This document shows, piece by piece, positions 56,561 to 64,000 of a stretch of DNA of 64,000 nucleotides. Both the position numbers and the translations under genes were made by a program. Below the pieces are notes generated by a model that made no database searches, had not been told where the DNA came from, and was given only the letters and a program-made list of their open reading frames with translations. The stretch's first letter is position 1. Each line of letters opens with the position of its first letter. Where the stretch lies: positions 14,902-78,901 of the forward strand of contig JBDRED010000021.1 of the NCBI GenBank assembly GCA_043820025.1. Direction: 5' to 3'. Source of the stretch: Elusimicrobiota bacterium (GTDB lineage: Bacteria; RUG730; JBDRED01).

Positions 56561-58021
56561 TTATTGCTTAAGAAACTTTTTAACAAATGCGTACGCGTCC
56601 TTCTTTGTTTTAATCTTTCCTTCCACCCGCGCTTCAGCTATGGCATTAAGAATTTCGCCAATTAGTTTACTTTGCGGCAAACCAAACTTCGTCATGATTT
56701 CATTCCCGTCTATTATAGGCTTCTTATTAATAATTTTCTCTTTTTTATCAAACCAATCAATTATTCTCTCAATAAATTTCTGATAATCCGCGAAATTTTT
56801 CGAACCGCATTCATCGAGGCTGATACCGTCTTCGAATGACTTTTTCTGTATTCCTCTGATTGAAGCCAGGCAATCTGCCAATGTAAACAACATCACTCCT
56901 TTTGCCGCGTCGCCGGCGCGTTTAAAGAATCTGTAATACGCTTTTTCAGTCACAGTACCGGCCTGCGCAACCATGTTCCCGATATACATGTGATATTTCG
57001 CTAAAAGCTGAGCCACTGCCTTATCTTTATTGCTAAACCTCAGCCTTTTCATAATGAAACCTATTTGTTGTCTTGAAATTTCTTCATGCCCGAAAAACCT
57101 AACCTTTTCATCTATAATTTTTAATGTATCAGGCTTGCCTAAATCATGAAATAGACAATTTAGTATAAAACATACTCTCATATTCACCGGTTTTACATAC
57201 TCAAGAAAAAATGACGCGCGGCTTTTCTTAAATATTTTTGTTAAATTATTTATTATAAATTCAAAACAGTATAATACTTCAAGAGAATGCCCCCACAATC
57301 CATATTTGTGATAATAATATTCTAAATCTTTTCTTATTTCTGTAATTTCAGGAAAGATAACGTCTAATATTCCAATATCATCCATTTGTTTTATAATTTT
57401 AAATGTATTTCCAGCCGCGCATATTTTAACCCACTCATCATGTATTCTTTCTTGAGAAACATTCTTTAATAATTCAACATGCTGAGCAATAACCTTCTTT
57501 GTCCCCGCATCAATTTTAAATTTATACTGTGAAGAGAATCTGAACGCTCTGATTATTCGCAAACTATCCTCTTTAAAAGCGCTCTCAGCCATCATTCGAA
57601 TAATTCCGCCCTTTAAATCCTTTAAACCGCCGGCATAATCAACAACATTTTGGAAATCACACTCTTCGGAAACTTTCCAATAAAGCGCGTTAAAGGTAAA
57701 GTCCCTTCTTTTCGCGTCTTCTTTTAAATTTTTTCCATGCATGGTTGTGAAATCAATATAGTAATCGCCTGCCTGCGTTTTATGAACTATTCTGTATGTT
57801 TCCTCATCCTCATCAAGAACGACTAATGCGCCGCCATGTTTCTTTTGAAAAAGCTCCGCAGCTTTTTTCGCGTTTTTTGAAACCACACAATCTATATCCA
57901 GAGTAACATTACCTAAAATATAATCGCGCAGGAACCCGCCTACCAAATATATCTCTGCCTTTAATTCTTTCTCAATAGCCAATAATGATTTGATATATTT
58001 TTTTATTGTTTTTTCATGCAT
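56561..58021 (-). CDS. cca: CCA-adding tRNA nucleotidyltransferase / poly(A) polymerase family with HD domain
   Basis: LVGGFLRDYILG...DIDCVV head-domain motif; later HD-type region (LFHDLGK). Confidence 0.8.
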   Translation of the reverse strand: MHEKTIKKYIKSLLAIEKELKAEIYLVGGFLRDYILGNVTLDIDCVVSKNAKKAAELFQKKHGGALVVLDEDEETYRIVHKTQAGDYYIDFTTMHGKNLKEDAKRRDFTFNALYWKVSEECDFQNVVDYAGGLKDLKGGIIRMMAESAFKEDSLRIIRAFRFSSQYKFKIDAGTKKVIAQHVELLKNVSQERIHDEWVKICAAGNTFKIIKQMDDIGILDVIFPEITEIRKDLEYYYHKYGLWGHSLEVLYCFEFIINNLTKIFKKSRASFFLEYVKPVNMRVCFILNCLFHDLGKPDTLKIIDEKVRFFGHEEISRQQIGFIMKRLRFSNKDKAVAQLLAKYHMYIGNMVAQAGTVTEKAYYRFFKRAGDAAKGVMLFTLADCLASIRGIQKKSFEDGISLDECGSKNFADYQKFIERIIDWFDKKEKIINKKPIIDGNEIMTKFGLPQSKLIGEILNAIAEARVEGKIKTKKDAYAFVKKFLKQ

Positions 58022-58061
58022 GATAATAATTCCTTTATATCAGCGCGTTGAACGCGATTCG

Positions 58062-58877
58062 TTATAATTCACCCATAGATTCTTCTTTTGAGAGCTGTTC
58101 TTGCTGAGAAAATCTATCAAAATTAGCCCCGCTCATATATTTCAATAGTGTTTTTTTGAACTCTGAAAAAGGAAAACTTGATTTTGAAAAAAGCATCATT
58201 TTCCAGCCATCGTGTTCTTTTATAAAGAAACATACAGTCGGTTCAGTTAGAACATTTAGCTTTAACCGCCTATATTCCTTAACCTTTGCCGGAGTATCCT
58301 TTTCTTTATTCAATACGCTTTTTAATTCTTTTATCTTATCATTTGGAAAAGTAAAATTTGACCGGCAAATAATTAGCGCATAATTTCCTTGAATTCTCTC
58401 CTCTATAACATTGCCGAATATATCACTTACCGCCACAGAAAACACAAGCTCCTTTTCCAAGTCCAATGCCATATTGTCATTTGAAAGGCCTAACTCATTC
58501 CAATCTTCTGCATCATCCACTATCGGCTGATCCATCGCCTCTGCGCTATATGCGAGCTTTGCCTCAGTTAATGTCTGCAGTTCTTCAGCTTTTGCTTTTT
58601 TTGTTTCAGCGTCAAACTGAAACATCCACATTCTCTCAAGCTCCTTTTCCAAGGTATTACTCTCGTCAAACGCTATACCTGATTCCCCTAAATCAATATC
58701 TTCATATAACATATGGTCGGCTGACGATAAGTACTTAGCCGCTTCATAAAATTCCCTTGCCTTAAAGTGTTTACTAAATGAAAAATAACTCCCCTTTAAA
58801 TTATTTACAGGTTCCGCTCCTGATACTACGCTAAGCGTAAAAAAGCTTATGATTAATAAAAGCAGTCTTTGCTTCAT
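58062..58877 (-). CDS. Hypothetical exported protein
   Basis: Signal peptide MKQRLLLLIISFFTLSVVSGA. Confidence 0.45.
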   Translation of the reverse strand: MKQRLLLLIISFFTLSVVSGAEPVNNLKGSYFSFSKHFKAREFYEAAKYLSSADHMLYEDIDLGESGIAFDESNTLEKELERMWMFQFDAETKKAKAEELQTLTEAKLAYSAEAMDQPIVDDAEDWNELGLSNDNMALDLEKELVFSVAVSDIFGNVIEERIQGNYALIICRSNFTFPNDKIKELKSVLNKEKDTPAKVKEYRRLKLNVLTEPTVCFFIKEHDGWKMMLFSKSSFPFSEFKKTLLKYMSGANFDRFSQQEQLSKEESMGEL

Positions 58878-58889
58878 AATGATCTCCTG

Positions 58890-59810
58890 TTACATGCTAT
58901 CCTTTGATATTTTATATTTTTTTCCATCTGTTGTAATTACAATATCTCCGTCTTCAGTCGAGTATATTTTAGACCCAAAAGAATAATTCGCGTTTGTAAT
59001 ACCCGCGTCAATTATACCTCTTAAACTTAATGACAATCCGCTGACAATCATTACCTCAGGCTTTACAAAATAAATAAATGGATAACTCCATGAACCACCC
59101 AGCCCATGATGCGGATATTTCATAATATTAGATCTTAGTTTTGGGCCGTATTTTGTCAGATCAGCGGCCGCAATACTTGTAATATCAGACCCAAACAGAA
59201 AACCAATCTTATCGTACTCAAGCTTAAAAACAAATGAGTCAGTATCCCGGGGATTATCATACTGTTCTAATGGCCCAAGAGTTCGTAATTTTAAAAATGG
59301 ATCTAAATCAAACACCTTCCCAATAGCTAATCGTTTATACTCTATTTCAGGATGCCTCTTTAAGTATGCTAAAACATCTTTGTATACTATTGTATCACCT
59401 TTTCCGATTCCGTCAATAATTTCTCCAACAGGTATATTCATTAAAATATATAACAAACTGCCTATATAGTCATGATTTGGATTAGTTATGATAATTTTAT
59501 CAAGCGCGTAAATCTCATTCTCTAATAAATATTTCATAACCTCACTTCTATCTCCTCTCACCTGGCCGGGCAGTTCGCGCAGTAATCTGCCGGTATCTAT
59601 AAGAATATACTTCCCTGTAGGCGTCTTTACAAGGCACGAATCATTATTCCCTAAACTAAAAAACCTTACAGACATAAATTTACTTTCATATGCTTTCGGG
59701 TAAAAGAAATCCGTATAAATTTCCGTGTATCTTGAGATAAAGTACTGTAATAAACATAAATTGATAAGCAATAATAAAACAATAAATATCCCTGTCCTAC
59801 TTACCTTCAT
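58890..59810 (-). CDS. Membrane-anchored ComEC-C-terminal-like MBL-fold domain protein with degenerate metal motif
   Basis: SLGNNDSCLVKTPTGKYILIDTG resembles ComEC [25 protein letters not shown]; metal motif position reads NPNHDY instead of HxHxDH. Confidence 0.45.
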   Translation of the reverse strand: MKVSRTGIFIVLLLLINLCLLQYFISRYTEIYTDFFYPKAYESKFMSVRFFSLGNNDSCLVKTPTGKYILIDTGRLLRELPGQVRGDRSEVMKYLLENEIYALDKIIITNPNHDYIGSLLYILMNIPVGEIIDGIGKGDTIVYKDVLAYLKRHPEIEYKRLAIGKVFDLDPFLKLRTLGPLEQYDNPRDTDSFVFKLEYDKIGFLFGSDITSIAAADLTKYGPKLRSNIMKYPHHGLGGSWSYPFIYFVKPEVMIVSGLSLSLRGIIDAGITNANYSFGSKIYSTEDGDIVITTDGKKYKISKDSM

Positions 59811-62595
59811 TTAACAACTCCCTGCCAAAAACGCGCATTTTATCCTTTTTTATAACAGCCTTAAATCTTGTGTTATTTGCAGTTCCGATTTCATACTCAT
59901 TATTGCGAACCAGGCCTTTACCAAATAACCCTTTTCTCAAAATCGGAGCATATATAAGCATGGTTGTATCCGCATGAGACACCTTATCCACAAGATTAAT
60001 TCTGCTCCACCCGGATTTATTTTCCGTATCTTCGCTTCCCGGGTATTCTGTGATATCATCCGCTCCATAATATACAAACGTGTCGTCATTGATAATACGC
60101 AAAACCCAGGCAGATTTCTTTTCATCACCCATATCAATTATTCCCAGCATAAAAAGTCCGCCATTTTCTTCCTCGTATATTCGCTCCTCTCCAATTACAG
60201 GAAAGTAGTATAACGACGGCGATAATTGTTTCAGCGCTTGATTTAATTCCTGAATTAAAGAATATTTTTTACCTGTGACATTATAATTATTTTCATTCAA
60301 AAATTGCATGATATTACTGTAATCATCCCCGGATAAACTATACCTGTTTTGTTCCTGCAAAGCGCTGAACGTAAAGTCAGATTGAATAGTATATAAACCT
60401 AAATCGGCAGCAATCATTTTACAAGACAAAGACCGGGCGATATTGCCTATTTCTCTTACAATCCGGAAACTATTCTGCGCATTCCGAATAATAATAATAT
60501 CCGGCGATTGTAAACCATGTTTTAAGCAGTAATCTATATTACCCCAGCCTCTATTGAGAATTAAATTAAGAGAACTTTCATCTTTATTAATAACATCAAA
60601 CACTACTATTTTTTTACCTATCGGCGTTTCAACCAATACGCATCTAAAAATATCATTTGATGAAATAGTAAGCGATGTTGATTTACCATTAAAAACAATA
60701 AAAACACAGCCAGCCAAGACCACGGCAAGAAATACTATTTTTTTTGGGCTATGCTTAGCCGCATATCCCTTAATTCGGCTAAAATTGCTGCGTATTTTCC
60801 CATAATTAGTAACAATATAATATCCTGCCACAACTATTAGAAAATATGCAAACACTACAGTTAATGAATTTTTTATTCTAAAAATAAATTCTCCGGAAAA
60901 ATTAGTATACGTAAAAAATAAAAACTGCGTAAATATTCTGCTCAATCTACTTGTAAATTCATAATACCAAACCACATACGCGGCGCTATATGAAATCCAA
61001 TTGATACTCGACAAAAACATAGCTGTAACTATACCGGTAAACCCCAACTGCATAAATATCACTAAAAATGCTAAGATGAAAATCCCTAAAAAAATATCTG
61101 AAAGACTGAGAGGGTCTACAAAGAATATTGAGGCCGGTATGAATACGCAAACATACGCAGACAAAATCCATGAAATATATTTTTTAAAAATAAAATTAAA
61201 ATCTTTAAATTCAAGTCCTTTCCATGGCAATAATTTCTGTAATAAAATTGCCGCGATAAATGTCAGAAATACTAATATAACAAGCGCAGCTCTTAATGAA
61301 TAATATTGTAATATATAAGGGAATATACCTAAAACGCATAAAAATAAACCCACACAAAAGCTAAACCATATCAGCCACCCTGAAAAAAATCTCTCGAGCA
61401 AAGCTTCCATTCGTTTCGTTCCATAAACTGTAGCTAATAACAATAATAATAAATATACAAACCATTTATCAGTAAAAATAAATGGATCAAATATACTCAA
61501 TATGAAAACTCCCCAGGTCAAAGCATAATAAAGGCTCTTTTCCCAGGAATAGTGAGTCGCTAAGAAAATAAAGCCGGCAAACAACAAGACAGTTCTTATA
61601 ACTTCGACGGAAAAACCATTTAAAAGCCCATAAAACAATATTAAAGGCAGAGCGATAATGTACGCCAGTCTCCTTTTCCAGCCTAACGAACCGCCAATAA
61701 TAAGGAAAACAAGCAGTATTGTAATAAGATAGAATTTAGATTTTACAACCAAGTATAAAATTCTGTTTGGCTGATGCTCTCCTCGAAGAAACATCGGAAT
61801 ACTTGATTGTTCATTAAAAAACAGCCAATATAAAAGCCCTGCGCCTTGTTTTGGGATCATCTCTTCAGCGCTTGAAAGCGCCACATCTTTGATCATTCGT
61901 AATCCTTGATTAATCCATGATCTCGAATAATATGGAATCTTTTCAATATTATCAATATTATCTGCAATCCAAACAACATTATAAGGAATACCTGTCTGCA
62001 TCCCATACTTACGCTCTGATTCTCGTAAAAGCCTTATTTTACCTCTAAACGCTAAAAGATCATTTGGATATGAAATGTTTTCAATTTCGCTTACAGGAAG
62101 AGCGACTGCGATATAGCCATGATAAAAACGACGAACAAATATTTTATTTGAAGGCGCTGATGCATCTGCTATTGAATATGGTTTAAAAACAATTATAGCC
62201 TTATCATCAAAAAGCAATGGCTCTCTCGCAACAGCTCCGGTAACGATAATTGACGTATTCTTTTTTAATAGATCATTAGAAAATGTCGGATTATTAAGAC
62301 AAAATTTAGAGAAGAAAAGAAAATTTACGCCAAATATAAAAACACTCGCATAAACCAAATATTTCCATAAGGGCCTGAATCTCTTTATGAAAAGAAGCGC
62401 AAATAATAAAACACTAACCGCTAAAATAACCAGAAGTAATATTATAGATATTGCCGGCCATGATTGAGTTAATAAAATTATTTGCGCGGTGATTATTCCG
62501 GATAAGAAAATTACTATACTTTTTGTGGCAGAACGTACAATAAGTTTTATGCTATTCTCAATCCTATATAAAAGGCCGGCGAAAAGCTTTCTCAT
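59797..62595 (-). CDS. ComEC/Rec2-like polytopic membrane protein (DUF4131 + competence domain; C-terminal region MBL-like but lacking HxHxDH)
   Basis: N-terminal TM+OB-like region, central ~10 TM competence-domain-like block, C-terminal VLVETPIGKKIVVFDV segment. Confidence 0.55.
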   Translation of the reverse strand: MRKLFAGLLYRIENSIKLIVRSATKSIVIFLSGIITAQIILLTQSWPAISIILLLVILAVSVLLFALLFIKRFRPLWKYLVYASVFIFGVNFLFFSKFCLNNPTFSNDLLKKNTSIIVTGAVAREPLLFDDKAIIVFKPYSIADASAPSNKIFVRRFYHGYIAVALPVSEIENISYPNDLLAFRGKIRLLRESERKYGMQTGIPYNVVWIADNIDNIEKIPYYSRSWINQGLRMIKDVALSSAEEMIPKQGAGLLYWLFFNEQSSIPMFLRGEHQPNRILYLVVKSKFYLITILLVFLIIGGSLGWKRRLAYIIALPLILFYGLLNGFSVEVIRTVLLFAGFIFLATHYSWEKSLYYALTWGVFILSIFDPFIFTDKWFVYLLLLLLATVYGTKRMEALLERFFSGWLIWFSFCVGLFLCVLGIFPYILQYYSLRAALVILVFLTFIAAILLQKLLPWKGLEFKDFNFIFKKYISWILSAYVCVFIPASIFFVDPLSLSDIFLGIFILAFLVIFMQLGFTGIVTAMFLSSINWISYSAAYVVWYYEFTSRLSRIFTQFLFFTYTNFSGEFIFRIKNSLTVVFAYFLIVVAGYYIVTNYGKIRSNFSRIKGYAAKHSPKKIVFLAVVLAGCVFIVFNGKSTSLTISSNDIFRCVLVETPIGKKIVVFDVINKDESSLNLILNRGWGNIDYCLKHGLQSPDIIIIRNAQNSFRIVREIGNIARSLSCKMIAADLGLYTIQSDFTFSALQEQNRYSLSGDDYSNIMQFLNENNYNVTGKKYSLIQELNQALKQLSPSLYYFPVIGEERIYEEENGGLFMLGIIDMGDEKKSAWVLRIINDDTFVYYGADDITEYPGSEDTENKSGWSRINLVDKVSHADTTMLIYAPILRKGLFGKGLVRNNEYEIGTANNTRFKAVIKKDKMRVFGRELLNEGK

Positions 62596-62599
62596 AATC

Positions 62600-62956
62600 T
62601 CAGATTACCATATTATCCAAATACTCTTTTATTGATTGCGTAGTCATCTGACTAATGCTGATAAAAACCATTGCAGTTATATAATTGCTCCCTATTTTAA
62701 CCTGTCTTACAACCTTGCCTTTTATATGTTCAAGAACAGTTCCATTCGGCAGACTGATACTTAAAAAATGGCATGTATTTTCTTTAAACGCCTTTTTTGA
62801 ATGAAAGGCCAAACCCTTTCCGCTTATATCTATTAAGGAACCGCTTATTTTTTCCTTTGAATTATCCAGCATTAAAGTTACATTACCTGAAACTTTAATT
62901 CGCGGTTCGCTTCTACGTTCGTGAAAATTATTTTTGTTATTATCTTGATCAGACAT
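62600..62956 (-). CDS. PilZ domain protein (c-di-GMP receptor-like)
   Basis: ERRSEPRIKV (RxxxR) and DISGKGLAF (DxSxxG). Confidence 0.7.
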   Translation of the reverse strand: MSDQDNNKNNFHERRSEPRIKVSGNVTLMLDNSKEKISGSLIDISGKGLAFHSKKAFKENTCHFLSISLPNGTVLEHIKGKVVRQVKIGSNYITAMVFISISQMTTQSIKEYLDNMVI

Positions 62957-63019
62957 AACAACCTCCCAAAAATAGGCTTTTCCCCATACAGACGGGGATT
63001 CAGTTATAATATAAATAAC

Positions 63020-63883
63020 CTATACACTCAGTATATCCGGAATATACTGCTCAGTGCCAATTGCCATAATATGAACTCCCGGAGCATGCTTCTTTAATTC
63101 CTTAACTAATTCACCGGCTATCTTAATTCCCTCTTTTAGTTCATCTTTCGACGATTTAAGGCGCTTAAGAATATCCTCTGGAATAGTAATACCCGGAATC
63201 TGCGATATGTACTCAGCGAATTTGTATGACTTAAGCAAAAAAACGCCAACAATAATTTTTGAATCCAAAAACAAGACGCTCTTTTTAAAATCCAAATAGG
63301 TTTGGATATGAAAAATAGGCTGGGACTGAAAAAACTGCGCTCCGGCTTTTATTTTTTTTTCTAATGTTAATACCGCAAGCTCTGAAGGAGTAGATGAAGG
63401 ATTTATTGCAGCGCCAAGAAAGAAAGAAGGACTGCCTTTTAGGGCCTTACCCGCTATATCCGCGCCTTGTTCCATATCCTTAATAGTTTTAATCAGTTGA
63501 ATAGTATCTAAATCATAAACAGGTTTTGCGTCAGGATGATCTCCGGCTGTCGGATAGTCTCCGCTAATAATTAAAATATTTCTAACGCCAAGCGCGTATG
63601 CCCCTAAAATATCCGACTGCAGAGCAAGCCTGTTTCTATCGCGGCAAGTTAGTTGATAAACAGGCTCCACACCCTTATCTATTAAAAGTTTTGAAACCGC
63701 CAGAGAACTTATACGCATCACAGCTCTCTGACAATCAGTCACATTAACAGCGTCGACATACGGCTTAATAATATCAACCTTTGAAAACATAACAGATAGA
63801 TCAACTCCCTTAGGCGGAAATATCTCTGCTGTTATTACAAATTCATTATTTTTTATTTTAGTTTCTAATTTTGAAACTGCCAT
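63020..63883 (-). CDS. metF: 5,10-methylenetetrahydrofolate reductase
   Basis: EIFPPKG...VNVTDCQRAVMRISSL...LTCRDRNRLALQSDILGAYALGVRNILIISGD TIM-barrel MetF signature; 287 aa short form. Confidence 0.85.
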   Translation of the reverse strand: MAVSKLETKIKNNEFVITAEIFPPKGVDLSVMFSKVDIIKPYVDAVNVTDCQRAVMRISSLAVSKLLIDKGVEPVYQLTCRDRNRLALQSDILGAYALGVRNILIISGDYPTAGDHPDAKPVYDLDTIQLIKTIKDMEQGADIAGKALKGSPSFFLGAAINPSSTPSELAVLTLEKKIKAGAQFFQSQPIFHIQTYLDFKKSVLFLDSKIIVGVFLLKSYKFAEYISQIPGITIPEDILKRLKSSKDELKEGIKIAGELVKELKKHAPGVHIMAIGTEQYIPDILSV

Positions 63884-63902
63884 CCCTCACACCTTTATTA
63901 TA

Positions 63903-64000
63903 TTACTTATTGTTTATTATCCTCTTGCTCTTCGCAAATCCTTTAATAGCCTTATACCCGCCTAATGATTTTTTCTTTTTATATATTCTATACCAAATAC
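63903..64000 (-). CDS. C-terminal 32 codons of an ORF entering from beyond the window end
   Basis: Revcomp reads ...IWYRIYKKKKSLGGYKAIKGFAKSKRIINNK* with stop ~63903; too short to identify. Confidence 0.3.
   Translation of the reverse strand, partial: IWYRIYKKKKSLGGYKAIKGFAKSKRIINNK

Overview
This is an AT-rich bacterial chromosomal segment, consistent with an anaerobe. Genes are densely packed, almost all on the minus strand up to about 45 kb, then hydrogen-metabolism genes follow on both strands.

Housekeeping content:
- Aminoacyl-tRNA synthetases: glyQ and glyS (separated by an inserted gene), aspS (with an apparent frameshift in a 9-A run) and ileS.
- The ileS-lspA-lgt-rluD lipoprotein-processing block.
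- recO, ybeY, a 7TM-HD protein and two CorC/CNNM transporters.
- A dihydrouridine synthase (dus) and a tRNA-Phe(GAA).
- radC, rmuC, cca and metF.

Accessory and notable content:
- A partial ORF of more than 1,000 aa running off the window start, absent from the supplied ORF track. It has a signal anchor and SecA-like DEAD ATPase motifs about 780 aa from its N-terminus.
- A DUF559 endonuclease-like gene, bracketed by 36-bp imperfect inverted repeats and REP-like palindromic elements, sitting between glyQ and glyS.
- An eight-gene cluster of uncharacterised function, headed by a Fur-family regulator with two near-identical palindromic operator candidates. It encodes a DUF5320 protein, two NifX/NafY-like cofactor-binding proteins, two MinD-type P-loop ATPases with ferredoxin inserts, Mrp/ApbC and an MBL hydrolase.
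- A secreted ankyrin-repeat protein with a lysine-rich tail.
- treT (trehalose glycosyltransferring synthase).
- A 947-aa secreted protein with tail-fibre-like repeats. It shares a roughly 40-bp upstream element with a second secreted-protein gene 36 kb away.
- An archaeal-type gltB-like gene with nfnAB/sudAB-like genes.
- A hydrogenase island: a trimeric bifurcating-type [FeFe] hydrogenase operon (NuoE-like, NuoF-like, HydA), a TM1266-like regulator, and the maturases hydE and hydG co-oriented with rex. The HydA L1 motif is the non-canonical TSCSPGW.
- A 7TM histidine kinase with a response regulator of unknown output domain, a split and degenerate ComEC-like pair, and a PilZ protein.

No rRNA, CRISPR array or recognisable transposase is present. 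Coordinates derived by hand-counting may be off by 1-2 nt.
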